From NCBI GenBank assembly GCA_029210775.1, contig JARGGI010000003.1, positions 4,512 to 68,511 of the forward strand: 64,000 nucleotides of DNA, written 5' to 3'. Below, one piece after another: positions 44,634 to 53,980 of the stretch. Position 1 is the first letter of the stretch. Every line of letters begins with the position of its first letter. The translations under genes were made by a program, and so were the position numbers. Source of the stretch: Patescibacteria group bacterium. Lineage in GTDB: Bacteria; Patescibacteriota; Minisyncoccia; JAHIHE01; JAGLIN01. The notes beneath the pieces were generated by a model. That model saw only the letters and a program-made list of their open reading frames with translations. It was not told the origin of the DNA and made no database searches.

Positions 44634-45869
44634 TTAATTACCAATTTGGCTTTTACTTTCATACAGAAGATTTTTTATTTCTAACAATTCTGATATACCT
44701 CCAATTAGCGTTATGCCTGTTTTACGTACTTTGATATCAAGCTTTCCTGTTGTGGTTTTATTTGCCAAAACAACTCGCATTGGTATTCCTAAAAGATCGG
44801 CATCTATCAAAGAACGCCCTATTGATTGATCTCTTAAGTCTAATAATACAGTACAGCCTAATATTTCTAGATTTTTGGTTAATTTCTTCGCTTCTTCGGC
44901 TCGTTCCTGATTAGCTATCAAGTGTATATCAAACGGCGCTATTTCTATGGGCCAAACCAACCCATGTTCGTCGTGATAATACTCGGCGAGTATTTGCATC
45001 AATCGACTTAAACCAATACCCCCGACGGCAGTCTGAATCGGCTTATTACTACCTATCGACAACGCATTCATTTTCCCGGTAATAATAGTGCCATGACGCA
45101 CTATATCTCCGAGCTCCACAGCCGGTACGTTTTCCATTAAATGGCCGCAATTAGGACAAACATCCATTATTTGTTTACCAAACCTATAAGAATTGATGCA
45201 TGCTGTACATGTATGCACAAAACACTGTTTGGTGGCGGAAGGAACCCAAAAAGAATCAGCTGGAGATTCTAACGGTGCGAAATAATACGACGCTTTCTTG
45301 TAAGGCAAACCTAACCAGCCCAAGAAAGACCGCATTACTTCATCCATCCGATGCATTTCCTCGCTTAATTCGATTTCATTCCGCGCCAATATATACATAT
45401 CGCCCATTACAAACGATCTGCTGCGGATAAAACCATGACTAGGTTGCAATTCATTGCGTATGCGTTCTCCAATCTGGAAATAGCGAAGAGGCATATCCTT
45501 GTCTTTGAAATCCGACTGGCAAAATAAATTTACCATTGATTCTTCCTGAGTGGGATTTATAACATATCTTTTCCCGTCTTTAAGAGTAGTTTCACAGAAC
45601 AATCCGGCAAAACGTTCAGCACGTCCCGATTTCTCCCATAAAAACATTTCTTGAAGGCTAGGTAAAAACATTTCCCAAAATCCTTGCTCACGACAAAACC
45701 TCCTAAATGCTCCTGAAATTTTTTCAAGAACCAATACGGCAGGGGGTAAAAGTGCAATACATCCCGACGATATTTTTTTTGCATACCCAGCAGATTCAAG
45801 CCAAATTAAGCCATCAGCGTCATTCCGTTGTGGCAGTTTCGTTCTAAAAAGTCCCGATGAATAAAGCAT
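44634..45869 (-). CDS. bacterial-type prolyl-tRNA synthetase homolog lacking the INS editing domain, which is replaced by a CxxC...CxxC zinc ribbon
   Basis: Colinear with ProRS: motif 1 region LPPAVLVLEKI, motif 2 FQIGERIRNE...RSRSFVMGDMY, motif 3 GGIGLSRLMQIL, then an anticodon-binding domain (LVWPIEIAPFDIHLI); a CTAC...CPNC insert sits where INS would be; higher GC than the host genes. Confidence 0.75.
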   Translation of the reverse strand: MLYSSGLFRTKLPQRNDADGLIWLESAGYAKKISSGCIALLPPAVLVLEKISGAFRRFCREQGFWEMFLPSLQEMFLWEKSGRAERFAGLFCETTLKDGKRYVINPTQEESMVNLFCQSDFKDKDMPLRYFQIGERIRNELQPSHGFIRSRSFVMGDMYILARNEIELSEEMHRMDEVMRSFLGWLGLPYKKASYYFAPLESPADSFWVPSATKQCFVHTCTACINSYRFGKQIMDVCPNCGHLMENVPAVELGDIVRHGTIITGKMNALSIGSNKPIQTAVGGIGLSRLMQILAEYYHDEHGLVWPIEIAPFDIHLIANQERAEEAKKLTKNLEILGCTVLLDLRDQSIGRSLIDADLLGIPMRVVLANKTTTGKLDIKVRKTGITLIGGISELLEIKNLLYESKSQIGN

Positions 45870-45921
45870 TCATATCACCTCTTTGTTTTATATTAAATTC
45901 GTCAGTTAAAGAACTGCTTAA

Positions 45922-45950
45922 AGTATAGTTAATATCTATCGTATAGTCAA
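45922..45950 (-). promoter_or_regulatory. near-consensus sigma70 promoter for the ProRS-like/S51 operon (TTGACT-N17-TATACT)
   Basis: Seen directly on the minus strand, about 50 nt upstream of the SD GAGGTGAT. Confidence 0.45.
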
Positions 45951-45951
45951 T

Positions 45952-46002
45952 ATCCCTGCTCAAAATCTGACATTTCTACTTTGGGTTGACAATCCCTGCT
46001 CA
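45952..46002 (-). promoter_or_regulatory. two direct copies of ATCCCTGCTCA, 40 nt apart; the promoter-proximal copy abuts the -35
   Basis: Seen directly (45952-45962 and 45992-46002). Confidence 0.35.
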
Positions 46003-46015
46003 CAAACAAATCAAA

Positions 46016-47311
46016 TTATTCACCGAAAATTTTGGCATTCATCGCAATTTCTTTGAGTATTGTCTGCATAAACCTACATTTTTGCCTATCTATCTCCTTG
46101 CCGGAGATAATCTGGAATGCCGGACAAGGACCGCCGCAAATATGACGTGCTTCGCATTTACTACACTGGCTGATTCTCTTAATAGGAATATTCATTTTCC
46201 CCTTGAAATTAGTCAGAAGGACATCATTCCAATTTTGAGAGCAAAAAGACAAGTGCCCCTCAGTGCTAATCGAAGCCATTATATACCCATTATTAAACAT
46301 ACAAGGACAGTGGCGCTTAATATTATTTGCTAAAGAAAAAAGTATCGGCGACGCTGCGGAGTCTATTGTAACTTTATTTTTCCTAGCAATACGTACAAGC
46401 TTCACTAATATTTGTGCATATTTTTCTCCATCAATATTCCATGCCAAAGACCGATAATGAAATGGTGTGTTTATCGTTATCGTTTTAGAAGGAAATGTTT
46501 TTAATGTGCCACGAAAAATTTTCGGCAATTGATCCAAAAAACCGGCATGCGGAGTTATAAGAACATGCGTATCTATTCCCGCTTTTATTAAACGATAGTA
46601 ATTATGTTTTGTGTCCTTAAAACTGCCACGCCCGTTTTTATAAATCCTGAATTTATTGTTAATATTTTCTGGCCCATCTATAGAAACTCCAATTTTAAAA
46701 TCATTCTTCTTAAAAAACCTTATCATATTATCATTAAGAAATGTAAGGTTGGTTGTCATTGTATAAAACGGCTTAATCATCTTCCTTGTTTTGACAGCTT
46801 CATTAACCATGTCTACTGTCCGTTTGATATGATCAAACCTAATCAATGGCTCACCCCCAAAAAAATGATACGTAATTTTTTCTGATGTTCCGTAAGAAAT
46901 TGTTTTCTTAATTACAGTCTCAAGTGTAGCATGAGACATTGTTTTTAAATTATTACGATTCTTCGTAACAAAACATTCGGGGCATTTTAAATTACACTCC
47001 TCAGTAAGAGCAATTCTAAAAGCACGGATATCTGGGTTTAAATTGAAAACTTTCGGATAAGGTATAGATTTCGATCGACTAAAAAAACCAAGCTCGTCAA
47101 GTTCTTTAAGCACACGCCATGCCTCCTTTTGTTTAGAAAGTGGCATGGAAATTATTACCTTTTTTGGATCTCTGGCAATTTTAAAAGCGTTTAATATGAC
47201 AAGATGAGAAGAACCGACTTCCGCATAATTCAGTGTCTCTTCATCAAAAATAGTGATCTTCCCTCTTGATCCGGAATAAACCCGAAAAGGATGAGCTGAT
47301 ATTTTTTTCAT
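46016..47311 (-). CDS. radical SAM/SPASM enzyme with a ~110-aa N-terminal extension (RRE/PqqD-like position) before the CxxxCxxC cluster
   Basis: CNLKCPEC at aa ~115; C-terminal SPASM motif CSKCEARHICGGPC; start trimmed to MKKISAHPFRV so that it begins 4 nt after the stop of the upstream rSAM (the track ORF 46016..47410 includes an in-frame overlap). Confidence 0.8.
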   Translation of the reverse strand: MKKISAHPFRVYSGSRGKITIFDEETLNYAEVGSSHLVILNAFKIARDPKKVIISMPLSKQKEAWRVLKELDELGFFSRSKSIPYPKVFNLNPDIRAFRIALTEECNLKCPECFVTKNRNNLKTMSHATLETVIKKTISYGTSEKITYHFFGGEPLIRFDHIKRTVDMVNEAVKTRKMIKPFYTMTTNLTFLNDNMIRFFKKNDFKIGVSIDGPENINNKFRIYKNGRGSFKDTKHNYYRLIKAGIDTHVLITPHAGFLDQLPKIFRGTLKTFPSKTITINTPFHYRSLAWNIDGEKYAQILVKLVRIARKNKVTIDSAASPILFSLANNIKRHCPCMFNNGYIMASISTEGHLSFCSQNWNDVLLTNFKGKMNIPIKRISQCSKCEARHICGGPCPAFQIISGKEIDRQKCRFMQTILKEIAMNAKIFGE

Positions 47312-47315
47312 ATAA

Positions 47316-48239
47316 TTATTTCCAAAATCTAGGATTATCAAAAAGCGAAACGCAATGAACACCGAAACAATTAGGTAGTTTTTCACTTTTCGATAATATA
47401 TTATTATCAATATTAGCTATTATCTCAGAAACCGGATCATTGAATAGATTACCCAGTTTTATATCTGGCCGATGGAAACACGGCGTCAAATCACCTTCGG
47501 CGCTACAAACAAAATACTCCTTACCCATACAACAGAGGGCGTTCGGTAATAGATTCTTGTTATTAAAAATCGCTTCCGTAAGCGCTATATAATCCTTTAT
47601 ATGCGTTGATTTATTTTTTTGCGAAATTTTTTTTATGGCATTAAAAATAATATTGTCTTTATTCTCTGTATTTAATTGCTGCATTTTTCCTTTTGGAATA
47701 AAGACTTCTTGAAATCGAATATCCGAAATACCAAGACCTTGAAGCCAATTAATAGTTTCATCTAATGTGGAAGCATTTTTCTTTGTTACTACCGTCGTCG
47801 TCGCCACATTTCGATAGCCACGCGAAATCAATCCCTTAATAGCATATACGGTGTCATCAAATCTACCACGTTGTTTATTGTGTACTTCTCTTATATGAGA
47901 ATCTATGGAAATATCAATCCTGTCCACATTGAGCCTTATTATCGTATCCAAATCGGCATCAGTAAGAAAAGTTGCACTGGTGTTTATTATTACCGGAATT
48001 TTTTTCTTTTTTATTTCACGAATAATAATATATGTTTCTTGCTTTAATTTTAAATGCAAAGGTTCGCCACCGGTTAAAATAACTTTATCAAAATTAAGCG
48101 CTTCTATTTTATCAGCAAAAATCTCAGCTTTATCTGGACTAATTTTTGAGGCTACTCGTTTTTGATATCCAGTCGCATAAAAACAATAGGCGCAACTAAT
48201 ATTACATAAATTATTTACCATCAAAAATAAACAGCGCAT
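47316..48239 (-). CDS. radical SAM enzyme with a short twitch/SPASM-like C-terminal Cys cluster
   Basis: CNISCAYC at aa 12-19; C-terminal CCMGKEYFVCSAEGDLTPC...CFGVHC. Confidence 0.8.
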   Translation of the reverse strand: MRCLFLMVNNLCNISCAYCFYATGYQKRVASKISPDKAEIFADKIEALNFDKVILTGGEPLHLKLKQETYIIIREIKKKKIPVIINTSATFLTDADLDTIIRLNVDRIDISIDSHIREVHNKQRGRFDDTVYAIKGLISRGYRNVATTTVVTKKNASTLDETINWLQGLGISDIRFQEVFIPKGKMQQLNTENKDNIIFNAIKKISQKNKSTHIKDYIALTEAIFNNKNLLPNALCCMGKEYFVCSAEGDLTPCFHRPDIKLGNLFNDPVSEIIANIDNNILSKSEKLPNCFGVHCVSLFDNPRFWK

Positions 48240-48589
48240 ATTTATTATATTTATACAGTAAAAAATACATTGTCAGACAAAATATGTTAATTAAGGATAC
48301 TTAATTATAAAAATTCCCCTTGCAATCAAAAAAACAAGAGGAATTTTAAAATGTGATATAGTAATTCTCTCTTAACCAGATTGACATGATGTCCTTGCTT
48401 TCTGTGTAGCTATATTAACTTTTTTTGCTTTTTTTTGTGATTTCATAGTAATAATATTCCTTTTATAATCATCAAATTAACCCTTAAATATTTCGACTTT
48501 TAATTTTTATAATAAAAACGGACACTGACCTTTAATCAAATATAGTATATTTCTCCTTATCTGTCAATGGCTCGTGCCTACATTCTGCT

Positions 48590-49663
48590 CCGAAGTGCAA
48601 CATCATAAAGGACATCCAAAGCCTGGTATAATAGTTAAGTCTTCACTTAATTATTAACCAACAAATAGATGCCCTACAAACATATTACACCAGATCAGAG
48701 AAATGAGCTATCTGCCCTTAAAAGAACTAAAATAAGACAGGAAGAAATCGCTCAATTATTGGGAAAAAACAGAACGACAATTTACAGGGAAATTATAAGA
48801 AACAAAAATAAGAATGGAAAATACGATGCCAGAATCGCCAAACAAAAAACCAAAAAAAGAAGAATAAAAGCCAACCAAAGATTCAGAAAAATAGAAAATA
48901 ACAGATGGTTGAGAACATATCTAATTAAAAAAATAAAAGTATTGGTCGCCAGAACAGATTGCGGGAAGAATAAAAAGGAAATGGCCAGAAGACAAATCAA
49001 AACATATCGGCAAAGACAGCATCTATGATTTCATATATACTGAAAGAAAAGATCTGGTAAAATATCTCCGATGCCAGAAGGGAAAATATCGCAGAAGGTA
49101 TGGCACGAGAATTAGAGAAAAACAGCGAGAGGAAGCTAAAAAGAAGAGGATTGATACAAGGCCTGAAATTGTTAAAACGAGAGAAAGAATCGGCGATTGG
49201 GAAGGAGATACTATTGTCGGCAAAGAAAAAACAATTCATATTTTGACTCATGTGGAAAGAAAAAGCGGAATGCTGTTTGCGGATAAGTTGGAAAAAGCGA
49301 CAGCGGAATTAACTAGAGAAAAAACTATTAAGAGATTTGAAAAAATACCAAGAAAGAAAAAATACACGCTCACTTATGATAATGGAACAACCTTTGCTAG
49401 CCATCAAGATACTGAAAGAAAGATAAAAATAGGCATTTATTTTGCTTTTCCTTATCATTCTTGGGAAAGAGGATGCAACGAAAACGCTAATGGGCTTCTC
49501 AGGCAATTCTTTCCCAAAAAATCATCATTCGCAAATATTAATCAAAAAGATATTGACAAAGCCTATCGGCTCATTAATAATAGACCAAGAAAGAGGCTTA
49601 ACTATCTAACTCCTTACGAAGTGTTCTATGAGAAATAATTTCTTAAAAAATGTTGCACTTTGG
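48590..49663 (+). mobile_element. IS30-family insertion sequence (~1.07 kb) with terminal inverted repeats CCGAAGTGCAACAT / ATGTTGCACTTTGG
   Basis: IRL at 48590-48603 and IRR at 49650-49663 (13 of 14 matching); a transposase lies between them. Confidence 0.7.
48669..49638 (+). pseudogene. IS30-family transposase interrupted by a single +1 frameshift in an A7 run (~48925-48935)
   Basis: ORF1 is the HTH N-terminus (MPYKHITPDQRNELSALKRTKIRQEEIAQLLGKNRTTIYREIIRN); the +1 frame continues YWSPEQIAGRIKRKWPEDKSKHIGKDSIYDFIYTERKD...DWEGDTIVGKEKTIHILTHVERKSGMLFADKL...DNGTTFASHQD...NNRPRKRLNYLTPYEVFYEK (DDE core) with no further stops. Confidence 0.8.
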
Positions 49664-49828
49664 AATAGAATTCAAGGTGTCTACAATGATTCGTGACACA
49701 AACTCGCGACAGAGAGCATAACATTATCTATCAAACAGCCCTTCTGTGTTAATTTTCGGTCAAGTAAACCAGAGATTACCCTATTCTATTCTTAAACTCC
49801 TTAATAATATTCTCACATCCTTCCGCTC

Positions 49829-50149
49829 TCACATATCCCATGCTTTTTTATAATCTGGGAACTCATTGGTTTTCTTAATCTCTCTGTCCGGATCTTTTTG
49901 TTTGAAATATTTCAAAAAGATATGCTCAAGAAAGGCATGCACTAGAATATGAATGCGAACATTGAATGATTCGTTTTTATATTTATTCTCAAAATATTTC
50001 CACGATTTCGCTGCTTGTTTTAAGTTTCCGTCTTGAATAAACAACTGATGAATCAGCTCATGAATTAAGTTATCGATAAAACGATCTGGCTCTTCGTAGG
50101 CTCGTAATGTTAAAGGATCAGAGAATGGTACGCAGTTTCCTACCAACAA
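49829..50149 (-). CDS. HExxH-containing fragment (NLIHELIHQLF); possible ImmA/IrrE (DUF955)-like metallopeptidase remnant
   Basis: Motif only; TTG start; N-terminal region apparently missing. Confidence 0.3.
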   Translation of the reverse strand: MLVGNCVPFSDPLTLRAYEEPDRFIDNLIHELIHQLFIQDGNLKQAAKSWKYFENKYKNESFNVRIHILVHAFLEHIFLKYFKQKDPDREIKKTNEFPDYKKAWDM

Positions 50150-50384
50150 CCTAAGCCGATTGTTGATTGGAATAAATGGCTAATGTTAGCTATAAATCGT
50201 TGTTTTGTTGCTAAAATATCATGCAGTTATATAGACCTATTTATGTCGACTTTTGCTCTGGAAAAAATCCCGAAATTGGGACAATACTGCTCTGAAATTG
50301 TAACGAATTAACTACAAATTAATCTTACCAGATAATAACGGATATGTCAACGCTCGCTCGCTCAGTCTTGTCTGATATAAGATG

Positions 50385-50456
50385 CTCCGCGAGAGGGATT
50401 CGAACCCCCGACCAATTGGTTAACAGCCAACTGCTCTACCACTGAGCTATCGCGGA
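50385..50456 (-). tRNA. tRNA-Asn (anticodon GTT)
   Basis: Minus-strand TCCGCGATAGCTCAGTGGTAGAGCAGTTGGCTGTTAACCAATTGGTCGGGGGTTCGAATCCCTCTCGCGGAG; canonical cloverleaf, anticodon loop CTGTTAA; its 3' end faces the island. Confidence 0.85.
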
Positions 50457-50578
50457 ATAAAAAAAGTGATTTTTATTTCGTTTCAAAACGAACAAATAAC
50501 AACCAACTCACAACTTTAAAAATCACTCTAATAATATACTATTAAAACTTTCATTCGTCAACACCAAAAAAGTTTAAA

Positions 50579-52009
50579 TTAATAATCAAGCAATCTTTTT
50601 GATTCTCTATGCTTTCTAATTTTTTCAAGTGCTTTTGCTTCAATCTGCCTAATTCTTTCTCTTGTCACACCAAATTCCTGTCCAATTTCCTCCAAAGTAT
50701 GAGTCACTCCATCTTCAAGTCCAAAACGTAATTTCAAAATTTTCTGTTCTCTTGGAGAAAGTTCAACTAAAATTTCTTTCACATACCCCTTAAGTAGCTG
50801 TCTTCCTGCAGATTGAGATGGAAGAACTGCATCAGTGTCTTCTATAAAATCACGAAGAGTACTGTCGTCATCATCTTCACCGACAGAAGTCTCAAGTGAA
50901 ACCGTATCTTGAGATATTTTCATAATATGTCTAACTTTTTCAACTTCAATATTCATTTCAGATGCAATTTCCTCTGGTAATGGTTCTCTTCCTAAATCCT
51001 GAACAAGACGCCTTGTTACCTGAGAAAACTTATTTATTGTTTCAACCATATGAACTGGAATTCTAATCGTGCGAGATTGATCTGCTATTGCTCTCGTAAT
51101 CGCTTGACGAATCCACCATGTTGCATATGTTGAAAATTTATATCCCTTTCTATAATCAAATTTTTCAACAGCTCTGAATAGTCCAATATTTCCTTCTTGA
51201 ATTAAATCCAATAAACTCAAATTTGCACTTCTTCCAACATATTTTTTTGCAATACTTACAACCAAACGAAGGTTTGCTTCAGAAAGCATCTGCTTAGCGG
51301 CCACATCACCCTTTTCTTTTCTTTTTGATAAAGAGACTTCTTCTTCCCCAGTCAAAAGAGACACTCTTCCAATCTCACGCAGATACATTTGAACAGAATC
51401 GCTGGAAATATTATCAAGAGACAATTCTCTTATTTCTTTTTCTACTTCTTTCTTGGTTTTTTTACTAACATCTTCTTTGGCATCAGAAACATCAATTATA
51501 TCAACATTGCTTACTACCTTTATATTTTCTTGTTCAAATTTGTCATATAGCAATTCAAGTTGACCAATATCATTTTCAATATCAGGAATTATTTTTATAA
51601 TCTCTTCTTCGGTTACAAAACCTTTCGATTTTCCCCTACTCATTAATTCTTCAATTTGATTATTAATGTTTTCATTTTCAACATCCTGCTTCTTTAAGTC
51701 TTTCTTTTTCAATTTTCCTGGCTTTATGCTCTTCCCTTTTTGCTTTCTTTTAAGTTTTGAAGATTTTCTCGCAATTGATTTTTTTGCTATTTTCTCTTTT
51801 TTCGCTTTTGCTTTTGCTTTTACAACAGTTTTAACTGTTTTCTTTTTCGGAGTTACTTTTTTCACTGTTTTCTTTTTTTTTGCTTTTGCTGTTACAACAG
51901 TTTTAGCTTCTTTCTTTTTCGGAGTTACTTTTTTCATTGTTTTCTTTTTCATCAATTTTGATTTTATCAATTTAATTGTTTTTTTATTTTTTATTTTTTT
52001 TGTTTTCAT
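50579..52009 (-). CDS. rpoD: RNA polymerase sigma-70 factor RpoD with a Lys/Ala/Thr-rich tandem-repeat N-terminus (histone H1-like)
   Basis: Regions 2-4 are conserved ([27 protein letters not shown]; 4.2 [23 protein letters not shown]); N-terminal [18 protein letters not shown] repeated twice (a ~63-nt tandem repeat near 51820-51960). Confidence 0.9.
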   Translation of the reverse strand: MKTKKIKNKKTIKLIKSKLMKKKTMKKVTPKKKEAKTVVTAKAKKKKTVKKVTPKKKTVKTVVKAKAKAKKEKIAKKSIARKSSKLKRKQKGKSIKPGKLKKKDLKKQDVENENINNQIEELMSRGKSKGFVTEEEIIKIIPDIENDIGQLELLYDKFEQENIKVVSNVDIIDVSDAKEDVSKKTKKEVEKEIRELSLDNISSDSVQMYLREIGRVSLLTGEEEVSLSKRKEKGDVAAKQMLSEANLRLVVSIAKKYVGRSANLSLLDLIQEGNIGLFRAVEKFDYRKGYKFSTYATWWIRQAITRAIADQSRTIRIPVHMVETINKFSQVTRRLVQDLGREPLPEEIASEMNIEVEKVRHIMKISQDTVSLETSVGEDDDDSTLRDFIEDTDAVLPSQSAGRQLLKGYVKEILVELSPREQKILKLRFGLEDGVTHTLEEIGQEFGVTRERIRQIEAKALEKIRKHRESKRLLDY

Positions 52010-52053
52010 AATATGTCTATTACAAAATAAATATAAATTATATTTTTTTAAAA

Positions 52054-53874
52054 TTATTCTGAATCCAAATCATTAATTTCTTTGATGTATCTCGCATGAT
52101 TTTCGATGTCATCCTGACTTGCATTATTACCCCTTTTTTTAATATCACTTTCAAGCTGTATTAACTTTTCTTTCAGAATTATTTTCCTTAAATTTGATAT
52201 GCAAATTTTTGCCTCCTTGTGTACATTCCCAATTTCATCTATTTCCGATTCAATCGCAAGAGTAGCCGTATCCCAAATATAAGAAAGTGATTTATGCTGA
52301 CTATCAACATCTCTATTAATTGAAATTTCACTCTTTAGGTTTGAAAGGATTTCATCATTTAATTTATTTTCTTTTAAATATAGATTTCTAATCAATGTAT
52401 AAATTTGATTTATTCTGTCATTTGAAAAACAATTTTCTAAATCAAGAAATAATTCCCCAAAAAAATGAGGATAAAGAATGATAAGACCCAGAATTCTTTC
52501 TTGAAGTTGATCTGTTCTATTCACGACTTCTGCTTTTTGAAAATCGCTTTGGGCAATTTGATTATTAAATCCAGATTTTTTTCTTTTAATTTTATTTTCA
52601 TATTCAAAAATAAATTTTTCATCAACTCCAAGTTTATTTGAGAGCATATTTCGATATACTCCCCTGTCAATGTCGTTTGACATTTTTACAATAATTTCCA
52701 AAAGTTCTTCTGCTATTTTCTTTTTTCCTTCAACGCTATCTTTGTCATATTTTGAAAAAGCAGTTTCAAAATAAAAGTCCATAATCGGTTTTTGATTTTT
52801 TACAGAATCAACCCATAACTCTGGATTACTTTTCACACAATCAGCAGGATCTTTTCCTTCGGCAATTGTGATAACACCAACATTCATTCCCTCAGATAAA
52901 GCAATTTCAATTCCTCTTTGTGCGGCTCGGATTCCAGCAGAATCCATATCAAAAGAAAATGCAATATTATCCGTATATCTTTTAATAATTTTGATTTGAT
53001 CTGATGTCAATGCTGTACCAGATGTTGCAACTACATTTTCAACTCCAGCTTGAAAAGATGCAATAACATCCATATTTCCTTCAACCATTACGCATAGATC
53101 ATTTTTTCTGATTGATATTTTCGCCTTGTCTAAACCATATAAAACCCTGCCTTTATTATAAATAATTGTCTCGGGATTATTAATATATTTTGCACTGTTT
53201 TCATCAGCTCCAGGCATAACACGAGAACTAAACCCAATTGTCTGACCACTGATATTTTCTATTGGAAACATAATTCTTCCTCTAAATCTGTCATAATATC
53301 CCCCTTTATCTTTTTTTACAGTCATTCCAGAAGAAAAAATATCTTCCTCTTTATATCCTTTCTTTTTCAAAAAGCTACTCAATATATCCCATGAATCTGG
53401 AGCATATCCGATTTGAAATTTTTCGATAATATCATTTGTAAGTCCTCTTTTTATTAGGTATTCATGGGCAATCTTACCCTTCTTGATTTTCAAACATTCT
53501 TGATAAAATTTTCTTGATAAATCAATTATCTCAAATATTTTTGTCTTTTTGCCCGTATTTTCGTATTTTGATTTTTTAATTTCAACCCCTGCTTTTTCCC
53601 CAAGTAATTTCAATGCTTCTGGAAATTCCAGCCCTTCCATTTTCATCACAAAAGTAAAAATGTCTCCCCCTTCGCCACAACCAAAACAATGCCAAATCTG
53701 ACGCTCTGGACTTATCATAAATGAAGGTGTTTTTTCATTATGAAATGGGCAATTTGCTTTCAAATTTCTACCCGCCCTTTGAGTCTGAAGATAACCCGAA
53801 AGCACCTCCTCGACGCTTAATCTTGATTTGATTTCATCCACTTGAGAGTTCAACATAAAACCAGCGATAAACAA
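52054..53874 (-). CDS. dnaG: DNA primase
   Basis: CHC2 zinc finger [11 protein letters not shown]...CFGCG; TOPRIM EGNMDVI; directly upstream of rpoD. Confidence 0.9.
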   Translation of the reverse strand: MFIAGFMLNSQVDEIKSRLSVEEVLSGYLQTQRAGRNLKANCPFHNEKTPSFMISPERQIWHCFGCGEGGDIFTFVMKMEGLEFPEALKLLGEKAGVEIKKSKYENTGKKTKIFEIIDLSRKFYQECLKIKKGKIAHEYLIKRGLTNDIIEKFQIGYAPDSWDILSSFLKKKGYKEEDIFSSGMTVKKDKGGYYDRFRGRIMFPIENISGQTIGFSSRVMPGADENSAKYINNPETIIYNKGRVLYGLDKAKISIRKNDLCVMVEGNMDVIASFQAGVENVVATSGTALTSDQIKIIKRYTDNIAFSFDMDSAGIRAAQRGIEIALSEGMNVGVITIAEGKDPADCVKSNPELWVDSVKNQKPIMDFYFETAFSKYDKDSVEGKKKIAEELLEIIVKMSNDIDRGVYRNMLSNKLGVDEKFIFEYENKIKRKKSGFNNQIAQSDFQKAEVVNRTDQLQERILGLIILYPHFFGELFLDLENCFSNDRINQIYTLIRNLYLKENKLNDEILSNLKSEISINRDVDSQHKSLSYIWDTATLAIESEIDEIGNVHKEAKICISNLRKIILKEKLIQLESDIKKRGNNASQDDIENHARYIKEINDLDSE

Positions 53875-53980
53875 ATTATCTTTATCTTAGATTACCATTT
53901 TAAGTGATTTGGGTCAAACTCATATTTTATTTTTGATTAATATTCACAGCAACTATCTTTAGCGTTTTTGTTGTTAAATT

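Noticed and set aside
48372-48446. 24-codon ORF (MKSQKKAKKVNIATQKARTSCQSG) upstream of the rSAM operon as precursor
   Set aside because: Weak SD at 10-nt spacing, Lys-rich low-complexity sequence; kept only as a remote possibility.
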